Source of the DNA: Laetmonice hystrix
Taxonomy: Eukaryota
DNA length: 64,000 nucleotides
Direction: 5' to 3'
NCBI GenBank assembly: GCA_965235115.1
Contig: OZ249440.1
Coordinates: forward strand, 32,738,001 to 32,802,000
Positions 26,322-37,848 of this stretch are shown piece by piece (the stretch's first letter is position 1; each line of letters starts with the position of its first letter). The position numbers and the translations under genes are program-made. The notes below the pieces were generated by a model. It was given only the letters and a program-made list of their open reading frames with translations. It was not told where the DNA came from and did not search any database.

Positions 26322-26885
26322 GGCTGAGTTCACATAGGAGTATACGGCACGTGTATACGGTGCACGTTTTGCAGGGCACGCGAATAGCTTAAATCGTACA
26401 ATAGGATCTTATAATACCGGGTCACATCAGAGGGCACTATTCGTAAAGGCCGTATAGCTGCGTATAGTATAGTATAGTGGGAATCATGCTTGTTCGATTT
26501 TAGGTCAGCGTATCCCTTGGGGTGCCTGTGTTTAAAAGTTCGGCATTTACACAGTTATTGACATTTTTAAACTAAATTTTCAAATCTAAGGGCCGATATA
26601 TAGGGGTATTGGCTCTGAAAAGTTCAAAGAAATCGGTTCAAGGGGAGGGGCAGGGGGCACCTTTCAATTCATGTCGGGAATTAAGACACTGGCGGGCGGC
26701 AGGCGGCTTGTATATCTCAGTCTGGGGTGCCTGTGATTAAAAGTCCAGCCCCATACAGTTCTTTGTATTTTTTAACCAGATTTTTAGATCTATGGGCAGA
26801 TATGTAGGGGAATTGGCGTTTTATGTGACTCGCCGTGCCCGTATAGCGTATAGCGAATACCGTATACTCCTATGTGAACTCAGCC
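26322..26885. mobile_element. PIF/Harbinger-type MITE in a helicase intron
   Basis: TIR GGCTGAGTTCACATAGGAGTATACGG / CCGTATACTCCTATGTGAACTCAGCC; flanks TTA and TAA. Confidence 0.85.
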
Positions 26886-27753
26886 TAATGGAACACACGT
26901 TCCATACAGACCACCGTATAGCACCCTCCTGAATTGCACTGGCAGATAAAATGTACATATATATTAAAGACAAATTATGATATCTACCGCCATACAGATA
27001 TTTCATAGAAATAATCAACTAATAACAACCTAGCATTTCTTCCTTACCTAACATTTACCCATTCACAAACATTTCCTGACTTGTAGCATACATGCAAACA
27101 ACAGGGCGCGGTGGACGCGATGGCAAGCCAGCTCAAGCTAAACTATATTTTAACAATGAAGACCTGGGAAGAGCAATTGTGACTGAGGAGATGAGGGAGT
27201 ATTGCCTGTTGAAATCCTGTAGGCGCGAATACCTATGTAAATTCTTTGCAACATGGCAAAGTTTTGATGGTGATAAGCACGATTGCTGTGATGTTTGTCA
27301 AATGACTTGTGAATGTAGTGAATGTGTTTTCCAACGTGAATTTTGTGCAATCGACTTTGATGACAACCCGAATGCTTCTCATGATATCATGAAGGAAGTG
27401 GTTGTCTACGACTTACTGATACAGCTATTTGAAAATTTAAATTTATCCCTTGACATGCAAATCTATCCTCAAATAATTACAGGTTTAAACGATTCACTGG
27501 CTAGTGATGTAGCAGCCAACTATGAAATATTTGCTTCTGCCGACACTATTTAAATGAACTACTTCCATTTGAAGCCAGAGTATAGCCAATATATTTTTCA
27601 AGTTTTAACTCTCTGTAAAGGTCTGTAGTATGAAGATGGCACACTGGCAGATTATGTATTACAGAAGCATGGCTGGCTGTTTGAGGTTCCAAATTCAAAT
27701 TTCTTAAACGGAAGCATCTAGAAGCAACATTTTGCACGCGCGGTTATTCACGC

Positions 27754-27897
27754 TCCAGTGGCATGTTCCATTGACCTATACACTAATTTCCAGTGGCATG
27801 TTCCATTGACCTATACACTAATTTCCAGTGGCATGTTCCATTGACCTATACACTAATTTCCAGTGGCATGTTCCATTGACCTATACACTAATTTCCA
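27754..27897. repeat. 35-bp minisatellite (4 units)
   Basis: tccagtggcatgttccattgacctatacactaatt repeated at 35-bp period. Confidence 0.92.
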
Positions 27898-30150
27898 GCA
27901 TTAGTGGCATGTTCCATTGACCTAGACACCAACCATTTACCAATGCACTCAGGGTCAGTGGAAGCCAAAATTGACTCTTTAACATTTGGAAAATGCCCAT
28001 GGAACCTATTGGCCACTACTTCAAACGGCTTCACGCTTCTCAGATCATTCACCATAGACTGCTCATCTTCCACTTTTGACTTAGTTGAGTGATGGTGACT
28101 GCGGCTGACAGTGTTGGATATGTCATCATAATTTTTAATGATGTCATTCAATGCAGCCAACGCACCAGTCTTTTTACAAATGTTCTCTTCGTCCTTGTTG
28201 CTACAGAGGTGTTTGATGTGCTTCTTGTACACACGTACAAGGTACTTCATTTGTAGATCACAAGGAATGTTGCTGTTGATGTGACACTTGGTATTCACAA
28301 ACAGTGAATAAAACATCAAGTGAGCTTCCCGTTCTGACAAGATAACCTGTTGCTGAACAAGGAAACGAAGGATTTCATCAGCATACTTGGACAGGTTATT
28401 GTTTCCCTTCAACAAGACCATCATGAACTTGAGCGTTCTGAGCATACGTGCTCTGTTGGGAACTGTGATGGTCTCCAGTAAATTGTCATACAAAAGACCC
28501 ATTTCGAGGAGACTAGATGCATATTTCTTTACATGGTCTGTTTCAGTCGGGTTGATAGGGACTTGTTGAGCAGGCCTCAGAACTAGCTGCAATCTTCTAC
28601 CATCAGCGGTTATGATCTGGAAGACTTGTCCCTCTAAAAAGAAAAGCAATAAAAGGTCAAAATTACTAACGAGTATATACTCTGTTCCATAATGAAAATT
28701 TTCGACCCTCTTGTGCCCTTGTAGGAATGAATTAATTTCTTGGCTACATCCAGCAGTACATAAGATATACAAAATTGTTCCCTGAAATCCATGACTGTCA
28801 TCCAATATATAATCAATCCAGGTATACCAAAGCCCTCAGTCCAGAGACACAATTTCCCAGAAGTGTATAATGTCAACATACAGCATAAGATGCAATGACG
28901 TTTAAATGAAAATTAAAACTACCTGGATAATTTGGAACTTGTCCAGCATGGAAGTTCGGTCTTTGATTTGCTTGATCTGAAAATAAATTTTGGGTTGTTA
29001 CTACTGACAAATAAATATTTGGGACAATGAGGTCAACATCATAAATGACTCTCAGTAAGGTATACAATAACGACTAGAGATTTCTCACCATTACAAAATT
29101 AAAATACACTTGGTTCTCCATAACCGGAATTTTGGATGAAATTGAAAAAGTTCAGGTTTCAGCCCCTGAGAAATAACCCCATGAATTGGATGAATAGATC
29201 TAGGGATTCTTCCTTTTTTTAGGGGGGGGGGGGCATCAGCCAAAAACATTATTAGGCCTAGGCTTAAAACATGACAAATATTATCATGATTGGATGATAA
29301 AAGAGATTAGGAATAACATTGTCCAGAATTTAGCCCCCAGATGAACAAAAGGCGTGCATATCATCGTCACACAGCTCCTAAAGTATATTCACAAGCTTTA
29401 AATGAAGGGAAAGGGGTGAGTCAGACTTCACAAACTAGAACTGGTGTCAATCTTGGATCTGAAAATATGTTCGAATGTGAGGCTTTGATTGATTAGTTTT
29501 AAATGTCTAGCCTATAGTATATTTGCCAAATGGAAAAATTCCTTTAATAACATTTAAACAGGTATTGAGGGGGTGCAGGGTAACCGTGATTCCATGTTGA
29601 ATGGTAATTGTAAAATACTGTATCAACTGTACCTCAGAATTTCTACAACATCACGATAATACTGTTCATTGTGTGGAACAACGGCCAGTGGTATCACCAT
29701 TGTCTTTGCCATCAACTTCCTGGAGTACTCATCTGGGAGTTCTGCTGACATGAATGTGAAAAAGGGAATTTTCTGGGATGCCACTTTCATGACGATATAG
29801 GTGTAGTCATCAATCAATGCAGCAGCATCCTTCCTTGATGGCAAGAATTGTGCTTTAGTCATTTGTTGGTAGGGCATCTGTGGGCCATCATCGGGGAGAT
29901 CGGGGAATGCCAACTCTTTGATCAGAACGGCTGATCCAAAGTAATGCATCATACGGCCAGGATGGCTACCACGTTCATCTCGCACACCTATGTGAAAGTT
30001 GATGTTGTCACCCACTAGACGTATGTGCTTCCTCTTGCGTATTGCTGTCACTAACTTGTCATTGAAGTTGCCGGATATTTGCTCGGCTATTTTAAGTGAT
30101 GTGCAGTGGCCCAAGCAGATTCCAGGCTTTGAGAGTCTGTCATACAGCTG
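27888..30150 (-). pseudogene. Academ(H)-type transposase exons (DUF6589-like)
   Basis: Exon about 30150-29632: LYDRLSKPGICLG..LVGDNINF..MMHY..FLPS..HNEQYYRDVVEILR then a GT donor. Exon about 28632-27888: GNNNLSKYADE..FVNTK..NIPCDLQMKYL..SHHHS..DLRSVKPF. The middle catalytic exon(s) are not evident. Confidence 0.72.
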
Positions 30151-30611
30151 AAACGTGCATTTAATCTGAATGAATAGGTGTTGACATAAAGCAGCTGCAT
30201 ACATGTATCAGGGTTCTCACCAGAAATTTTCGACAGCGTAGTTGTAAAACTAAGGCCTGAGGCCTTGCTATGCCGTTGCAGAGGGGCGCAGCACCCTGCC
30301 CCACCCCTGAAAATCCCTTTTTGACACAACTGGCTTCGAAAGATCAGATGAAGCTGAAGATGAGAATGACAGAATTCATAATATCTAATAATGTGGACAA
30401 TACAACACATTTTGCACTGTATTATTTTTTTAATGTTCATTTTTTTCCCATTTTTATTTTATTTAAAATTTATTATTTCTTTGATCAAATAAAGCTAGCT
30501 GCATGTTATATGCACTGAAGGGGGCTCATTTCCAACTATGTTTTATTGGAATTAAGAATTTTAGCTGGAAATAACATTTCATTGAAAAAAATAATCCTTT
30601 TTTTTTAATGT

Positions 30612-31476
30612 TGTGACGGCTAGGCCAGGTAGAGTGTAATAGGTGGGGAACAGGCCAAGCTGAGTAGTGCTGTGGCAGTATGGAAGGTACCAAGTTGTAG
30701 GGGATTAGTCAGTGAACCTCACTCCCCCACTGGTCTAGTGGACTCGCCCAGAGGGATAAATAGGGCGTGGTCAGGCTGAGGTGGGGGAGTCGCCGTTGAG
30801 ACGCTAGCAGGGAGAGACAGACCAGGAGAGAGGGATCGAGAGGAGGTATTGAGGAAACGTTAGAGGAGGGTGAAGTATAGTCGGTAAGTAGAAGAGGGTG
30901 GATTTCTTAGGGTTCCCAGCCATATCTTGGGGTTAGGACGATGAAACGTTACCCGATGTCCACCTGATGTTATCTTACATACCCGATGTTACCCGATGTC
31001 TACCTGATGTTACCCGATGTTACCCGATGTCTACCTGATGTTGTCGTATATACCGGATGTTACCCGATGTCTACCTGATGTTACCCGATAACTATCTGAT
31101 ATTGCCCGATACATGCCTGATGTACCCGATATCTACCTGATGTTACCTGTTGAGTGTTTGATGTTACTGAACGTGCCGAGTGTGGTCAGCCCCGCCCCAT
31201 CCATGTTCACCGAAGTGATTAGTCTACTATTGTTAGCTAGATGCCAGATGTAGTATTTGTTTAGCGACAGTAGTATTTACCCCAGTTAGTTATCTGGACT
31301 CCAGAGAAGTGCAGGTAACCAGAGAAGTCAACTGAAAGTTGTAACACGTCAGAAATAAAGAGTCATTATACACTGTATACCATAGCTTGGTGATGTTTAA
31401 CCCCTCCTGAACGAACAATACCCTATTCCGTGTTACCCCGCCACAATCGTGACCATCCATTCCCTTGACCGTGACA
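30612..31476 (+). repeat. 5' LTR of Gypsy B (865 bp)
   Basis: Direct repeat of 37849-38714 with about a dozen differences; internal ttacccgatg/ctacctgatg microrepeats; AATAAA near 31353. Confidence 0.96.
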
Positions 31477-31482
31477 TTATTT

Positions 31483-31500
31483 TGGTGGCAGCGGTGGGAT
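31483..31500 (+). promoter_or_regulatory. Primer binding site, tRNA-Leu
   Basis: TGGTGGCAGCGGTGGGAT, 6 nt after the LTR, is complementary to the 3' end of eukaryotic tRNA-Leu (..ATCCCACCGCTGCCACCA). Confidence 0.85.
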
Positions 31501-31558
31501 GAGTTGATTTGTGACTCATCCTGTGAAACGGACCTGGTGAACTTAGGCTTGTGCCTGG

Positions 31559-33256
31559 ATGGATTCAGTGGCTGGACGGGTAACACGGAGCCAGAGGAGG
31601 GATGGAGAGCATAAAGAGATGGATGTTCAGTTAGCGAAAGGCAGAGATGACTTTGGTGATCAGGCGGGTGCAGGATATGGAAAACAACGTGATGCTCCAT
31701 TAATAGGATGGGACCCGATGGAGGTAATGCAAGCAGCAGGTTATGCGGGAGAGGTTGCAGGAACCGTAACATCAACGGGCGAAAGTAACAATGGACAACA
31801 CAGTATGCTCCCCCCTAGTGAGGCGGACCGGAAAAGGGAGTTAGCGGAAGTAGTAGGGCAAGTTTGTGGTAATATGATGCAGGATGTCATTAGGATGATG
31901 AAAACCATGAGTGCACAGATGACACAAGGAGTAGAACGGGTTGCACTGGCTGTTGCTCATGGCCAACAGACTCAGAATCCTACAGGTGATGTGGATGCTA
32001 AACCTGATGGAGACCAAACTAGTGGACGTAGGAAGCATAGAGTTGGGAGAGAGAGGATAGGGACAGATGGCTGTAGGGACCGAGAATATCGACATGATTT
32101 AGCCTCTAGCACGGTTGATTCTGCAGAGTCTGGTGATGAGTTGAGGAGTCAGAGCAGTAGGCGGATGTCTGTTAGGGCAGGACCGGGTCCCAAACTCCCA
32201 GCTTTTACAGGTAAAGAGCCATGGAAAGTTTGGTACAATAGGTTTGATGATGTTGCCCAAAGGCGTGGATGGACATTGGACGACCGTTTGGATGAACTCC
32301 TACCTAGGTTACAGGGACAAGCAGGGGAGTTTGTCTTTGATCAACTTAGCTGTGATGTCAGGAATGATTATAGACGATTGATTCGGGAACTAGAGAATAG
32401 ATTTCGTAAGGTTGAGACAACTAAGAGGTTTGGTGCAATTCTCAGCCACCGTTCCCAGAAGCAGTCGGAGACTGTTGAGGAATACGCTGCTGAATTAAAG
32501 CATTTGTATGATAAGGCCCACCCAGAGCGAGATATGGAAACTCGTAAGGAGGATTTGCTCCGGAGATTCCTTGATGGGTTATTGGATGGAAGGGCAAGTG
32601 CACAGGTTGAGTACGTGAAGGAGCCCAAGGATATTGACGATGCGGTAGATCATGTGATAAACTTCCAGGAGACATGGCAAGGTCAGCGTCCTCATGAGCC
32701 ACCCATATCTAGACAGTCCCGTAAGTCAACACGTGCTGTCAGATCATGTGACTCAGATGATGACTCAGGGGAGATAGATCACCGGGTTGCACGGTTGCCT
32801 GGACGCCCTCCAAAGAAACCAGTTAGCCCTAGTAATGGGGAAGCTCGTAAGACTGCGGAAGAGCAGGCAGCTGGGAAAGACAAACAGGATGTTGAGATTG
32901 CTGACCAAGTTAGGAAGTTGAATACTGAACTGCAGCAAATAGCAAAAGTGTTAGGAGAGCGGATGGACAGGCTGGAAGCAGTTCGTGCACCTATTCTTAG
33001 GCAGCCTAAGAACCCTGTAGGCGGTAAGCTAAGGAAGCAAAATTACAAAGTTAAGGCAGGAGATAATCCCTTTACCTTGGTAGCTGGAACCTTACGGAGG
33101 GGAGAATGTTTCAGATGTGGGCAGGAGGGACATTTTGCAAGAGAATGTCCAGGGATACAGTTCATGATGGGGCAGCTGCAAGTTGTTCCACAGGCAATGA
33201 GCTCCCAACAGGTAGAGGCAACGCCAGCAAGCTCTCATGAAATCAGGCCTGAATAG
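31559..33256 (+). CDS. gag: Gag of Gypsy B
   Basis: 565 aa; KLPAFTGKEPW, LQGQA, RSQKQSETVEEYAAELKHL, FLDGL, and CCHC knuckle CFRCGQEGHFAREC. Confidence 0.92.
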   Translation: MDSVAGRVTRSQRRDGEHKEMDVQLAKGRDDFGDQAGAGYGKQRDAPLIGWDPMEVMQAAGYAGEVAGTVTSTGESNNGQHSMLPPSEADRKRELAEVVGQVCGNMMQDVIRMMKTMSAQMTQGVERVALAVAHGQQTQNPTGDVDAKPDGDQTSGRRKHRVGRERIGTDGCRDREYRHDLASSTVDSAESGDELRSQSSRRMSVRAGPGPKLPAFTGKEPWKVWYNRFDDVAQRRGWTLDDRLDELLPRLQGQAGEFVFDQLSCDVRNDYRRLIRELENRFRKVETTKRFGAILSHRSQKQSETVEEYAAELKHLYDKAHPERDMETRKEDLLRRFLDGLLDGRASAQVEYVKEPKDIDDAVDHVINFQETWQGQRPHEPPISRQSRKSTRAVRSCDSDDDSGEIDHRVARLPGRPPKKPVSPSNGEARKTAEEQAAGKDKQDVEIADQVRKLNTELQQIAKVLGERMDRLEAVRAPILRQPKNPVGGKLRKQNYKVKAGDNPFTLVAGTLRRGECFRCGQEGHFARECPGIQFMMGQLQVVPQAMSSQQVEATPASSHEIRPE

Positions 33257-33286
33257 TGCATCGAATGGCACTATTAGCCAGCAGAT

Positions 33287-36200
33287 GGGAAACTAGAAGG
33301 GGCCGACGCTGTAGGCCGAGGGGAGGCCCTTCTGGGGGTAGACAAGGCTTTAGGTCAAAGGGATACAGGGTGTCCAGAGAAGACCGTTAGGAGGCAGGTT
33401 CCTCAGTATGATGGAATTTACATTAATGGAACAGTGCAGGGAGTTGATGTGAGATTCACCATAGATACGGGTGCGACTACCTCTATAGTGTCAAATAGGG
33501 TATTTGACAGGATAAGTGCCAAGAAGCGTCTGGAACTAGCAGAAATAAGCTCCAATGGAGGGGTAGCCAGTGCAGACGGCAGGCCGATTAAGTTGAGAGG
33601 AAAAGGGGCATTTGATATTTGCCTGGGTTCTCTGAAACTGCTTGAAGTGTTAGCTGTTGGAGACATCGTGGATGATGTGCTCTTGGGAACTGATATCCTC
33701 CAGCAGGGATCTAAGGGTCCTGCTGATTTGTTGTTGAGTGAAGGTAGGATGGTATTAGCTGGTGTCTCAATCCCTGTGGAACAAGTGCCCATGGTAGGAA
33801 GAAAAGTATGTCTACTCAAGAATTGTGTTATCCCTGAGATGTGCGAGATGGTGCTGGATGCCTACGTGGATGTCGATCGACGGATCACATCTGCCAACAG
33901 TGCAGTTAAAACAGAGCTGTTAGTTGAGCCTGTCTCGTGGTTAGCTGAGAAGTATTCCATACTTTTAGCTCCAACACTAGTGGATGGGAGTAATGGTGGC
34001 ATAGTGAAGGTCCGGGTGTTAAATCCCTTTGAGCGTTCCGTTTCCATGAAGCAGGACACTGTTGTTGGGAGTGCCCAGAGGATTCGTAACATTGAGGTAG
34101 TGTTGGGAAACGAAGGTGAATGGAAGCCAGGAAGTAAGCGACCAGTGAGGGCGAGGAACAATTTAAAACCTGTAAGGCGGAAGAAGGTTGTGCGCAAAGA
34201 TAGCTTGGAGGATCAGGTATTGAGGGAGTCAGAAGTCAGGTCCAAAGTGCCGGATCATTTGGTTAATCTATTTGAAGAGACAGTGACAGACTGTTCACCT
34301 GAGGAGAGTCAGGAGATAGCTGAATTGCTAGGAGAGTACTCTGAATCATTTTCGAGGGATGAATTTGATTTAGGTAGGACGTCTTTGGTAGAGCACAGTA
34401 TAGTAACCAATGATGCTGTGCCCATCAAACAACCACCTCGGAGGATGCCATTAGCGTTTGAGGGAGAGGACAGGAGAGCACTAGATAAGCTTGTCAAACA
34501 GGGTGTTGTGCGACCATCTACCTCCCCTTGGGCATCACCGTTGGTGTGTGTGCGGAAAAAGGATGGGACTGTACGTCCATGCGTTGATTACCGACGGTTA
34601 AATGCGGTAACTCAGAAGGATGCCTTTCCAATACCACGAGTCCAGGACTGTGTGGATGCACTTGCAGGGGCAGAGACCTTTTCCATGCTAGATATCTCCT
34701 CCGCTTATCATCAGATACCTGTGAAGCAGAGAGACATTCCAAAAACGGCATTTGTCACAAAGTATGGGTTATTTGAATACACAACAATGCCATTTGGACT
34801 GTGCAACGCTCCAGCTACTTTCCAGCGATTCATGGAGATAGCATTGAGTGGATTGCAGTGGTACATTTGTTTGATCTACCTTGATGATGTGATCTTGTAT
34901 GGGAGAAACTTTCAGGAGCATATGCAGAACCTTCGGACTGTGTTGCAGAGACTGGCTAAGGCCGGACTGAAGTTGAAGCCCGCTAAGTGTCATACCTATC
35001 CTCAGGGTAAACATGAACTCCCAGGTGATGATGGGAGAACGCGTCCCAAACAAACAATTTCTGGGTTCTTTCTTGATCAAGATGTTGGACAGGAGTCGAC
35101 TGATCAGTTACGGGTAGTTACGAGAGCAAAGGGTGGAGATGTTAGAAAGACCGTGAAGTCGAGTGGCTTTCAGAGCTGGGTATCGCCTCATTCCAACGCA
35201 GAATTGAGGGAACAACAGCTGAAGGATCCTGACATTGGTCCAGTTCTAAAGTGGATGGAGTCTGGTAAGAGGCCATTTGGGTCTGCAGTTTGTGCCACGA
35301 GTCCAGAAACCCGGCATTATTGGAACTATTGGGGCAGCCTTGAAACGCACGATGGAATATTGTTTCGTAGATTCCACCGAAGAGATGCAACTGGGAATCA
35401 TCTACAATTCTTGGTCCCAGGAAATCTCAGAAGGAACATCATGTTCCAGATGCACAATAGCATTCTAGCCGGTCATCTAGGTAAGAAAAAAACCCGTGAG
35501 AAGGCTCAGCAGTGCTTCTACTGGTTCGGCATTCGTGAGGACATGAACAACTGGGTTGCCAGTTGCGAAGAGTGTGGAGCAGTTAAGGAACCTCAAAAAC
35601 ATGCTAAAGCACCTCTTGGTGACATGCCGGTTGGCGGTCCCCTTGATCGATTGGTTACCGATATTTTGGGTCCCTTGCCAGAAACAGCACGAGGGAATCG
35701 GTTTATACTAGTGGTATCAGACAGCTTCACAAAGTGGGTAGAAGTTTTTGCAGTACCAAACTTCACGGCAGTCACGTGTGCAGAGAAGGTCTTGAATGAA
35801 GTGATTGCACGGTTCGGATGTCCGTATGACATCCATAGCGACCAGGGCAGGAATTATGAGAGTCAAATTTTTACTGAGCTCTGTCGTCTTTTGGAGATTC
35901 GGAAAACTAGGACCAGTCCAGGAAACCCACGATGCAATGGGCAGGTAGAGAGGTTTAACCATACCCTCATTAGAATGATAAAGTCATATCTGAAGGGACA
36001 ACAGCATGACTGGGATAGGAATTTGGGATGCTTAGCTGCGGCATATAGAGCAACTCCTCATGAAAGCACGGGTATGACGCCAAACATGTTGATGCTAGGT
36101 CGTGAGGTACGACTACCTGCAGAGGTAGTAGTCGGGTCAACTACCAGGCACAATGATGAGGAAATAACCTCTTATGGGCCTTATGTGACCGAACTGCGGG

Positions 36201-36547
36201 ACAGATTGAAAAAAGCTCATGATGTTGCTAGAGATAAGCTGATGAAGAGCGTGAGGAGACAAAAAGATGTCTATGATGCCAAACTTTCATTAAATGTCTA
36301 TCGACCTGGAAGCCTTGTCTGGTATCAAACAGACATAGGACAGTTACATGTTACTCCTAAGTTAAGGAACGCATATGAGGGGCCATATCTAGTGGTGAAG
36401 AAGTTAAATGATGTAGATTATGAAATCCAGAAGGAGCCGAAGGGACGAAAGCGTGTCGTCCACCACAATCGACTGAAGCCATACACGGGGCATACGAAAT
36501 TTAAGTGGGCTAAGGCAGCCATTAAACAGGCCCACAGCAAATTCTGA
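33287..36547 (+). pseudogene. pol: Pol of Gypsy B (PR, RT, IN) with in-frame loss of RT thumb and RNase H
   Basis: IDTGAT; PWASPLV, MPFGLCNAPATFQ and YLDDVI; jump after LKLKPAKCH; then GHLG..CEEC, DQGRNYE, NGQVER and EGPYLV. Confidence 0.92.
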
Positions 36548-36642
36548 GTTTCAGCAATGCTAGTTGCTGGCAGCAGAGGAGGTACTAGGATGATAAGTAT
36601 AGAAGTAAGGAGTATGACTTAATTTACATTTACATTTCTAAA

Positions 36643-37749
36643 ATGGTTCCAGTTGAGATGGAGAAGGCTCGAATAGCTCTAAAGGCGAGAGGGGCGGTCT
36701 ACCAGTGTAACCGGTGTAGCTATCGAGGAGACCGACGCCAGATGACGAGTCACGTGTGGAAGTGCCACAAGGAGGGGGCACTACTAGGGGAGAGCAAGTC
36801 GGGAGCAGTCTTCAAGTTGAAGGCCGAAGATGCTGTGGCTCTAAACAATGAAGGTTCCCTGGAGCACTATCAGAAACGGTCAAGGAGTATTCATTCGGCT
36901 AATGAATCAAGTTGTGCAAGGCTAACTAGTCCAGAGGAAAATCCTACAACCAAAGGAAAGCAGGTGAAAAGGAAGCACCTGATTCCAGAGATGTACTACT
37001 CTGAGGTACCGTGCTTAAGTCCGCTACCTGAAGACTCCTGTAGCCTGACGGATTTTATGCTTGATCTGCATCCGTCCAACAACAGTCCCTTGGATTATGA
37101 TGAGGCAGGTCTGGAGGTAGATGGTGAGTGTAAGCAGGGAGGAGAAGGTTTCCAGCAGGACAGCAGCCCTAATCCACCTTCAAAGTTGGATGCTGTACAA
37201 CTTAGCGGTGCAGGTCTCCAGGATAGCCTGCTTAGCATTCATGCCAAAGTAGACAAGGTAGTGACATATGTTACGGCGCAGCGGGAGGCACAGGGGCATG
37301 AATCAACTGTCATGAGCGAAGCCTTGGGTCAAGTAGCACGAGAGTTAAAATCCAACGAGGCAGCAGTCACAAATCTGACCAAGAATGTCAAGCTGCTGAG
37401 GCATAGTATAGAGGAGCAAACCAATACGTTTGCACGGCTCGTCCAAGAGCGCACTACTTCCCAGAAGAAGCTGACCACCCAACTTGAAGTGCATGCAGCT
37501 GCATTTAATGCCATCTGCACACGCCTAGCGGTAGAGAAGCGTGATGGCCAAGTGGTCCAATCACCGCAGTATGGGCCACAAGCGCTGAGCAAAGGGCCCC
37601 AAGAAGAGGCCGAATTTGAAGGCAATATGAAGGCAGCAGCCCAGGAGATAGACTTAATGCAGCAACCGACCTTTAACGAAGAACACCCAAGAAAGAAAAG
37701 GCCCACTTCAACTGTAACAAAGCCCAAAAGAGGGATGAGTGGAAGATGA
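36643..37749 (+). CDS. Accessory ORF3 of Gypsy B: C2H2-like finger, coiled coil, basic tail
   Basis: Open 368-aa ORF between pol and the 3' LTR; CNRC-x11-H-x4-H; heptad-like stretch in the C-terminal half; PRKKRP..KPKR. Confidence 0.7.
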   Translation: MVPVEMEKARIALKARGAVYQCNRCSYRGDRRQMTSHVWKCHKEGALLGESKSGAVFKLKAEDAVALNNEGSLEHYQKRSRSIHSANESSCARLTSPEENPTTKGKQVKRKHLIPEMYYSEVPCLSPLPEDSCSLTDFMLDLHPSNNSPLDYDEAGLEVDGECKQGGEGFQQDSSPNPPSKLDAVQLSGAGLQDSLLSIHAKVDKVVTYVTAQREAQGHESTVMSEALGQVARELKSNEAAVTNLTKNVKLLRHSIEEQTNTFARLVQERTTSQKKLTTQLEVHAAAFNAICTRLAVEKRDGQVVQSPQYGPQALSKGPQEEAEFEGNMKAAAQEIDLMQQPTFNEEHPRKKRPTSTVTKPKRGMSGR

Positions 37750-37848
37750 AGTTACAGGAGATTCGCAAGAAGTTTAATTAAGAAATATTTGTTGCTAGTT
37801 AAGAAGTTACGTGTGGACGAGGACGTCTCACACATTGGCAGAGGGTAG

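Larger units (their letters stand above)
23455..27620 (+). pseudogene. RecQ-like SF2 helicase, multi-exon and disrupted (AcademH-type helicase gene)
   Basis: Ordered motifs IVIRPLNVIIEQQ (about 23465), FLVGHPE (about 23815), VVDEAHCVVQW..FRP, ALTATA, AQFHA, LATEAYGMGVD, QTTGRGGRDG, and the zinc-binding CRREYLCKFF..CCDVC. GT-AG introns, frameshifts, and no Walker A in the window. Confidence 0.88.

Noticed and set aside
23455..27620. Functional host RecQ gene
   Set aside because: Frameshifts, a transposon inside an exon, no Walker A, and pairing with a transposase gene.
31483..31500. tRNA gene
   Set aside because: Only an 18-nt complement next to an LTR, i.e. a PBS.
36643..37749. Retroviral env
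   Set aside because: No signal peptide, fusion-peptide layout or transmembrane anchor visible.
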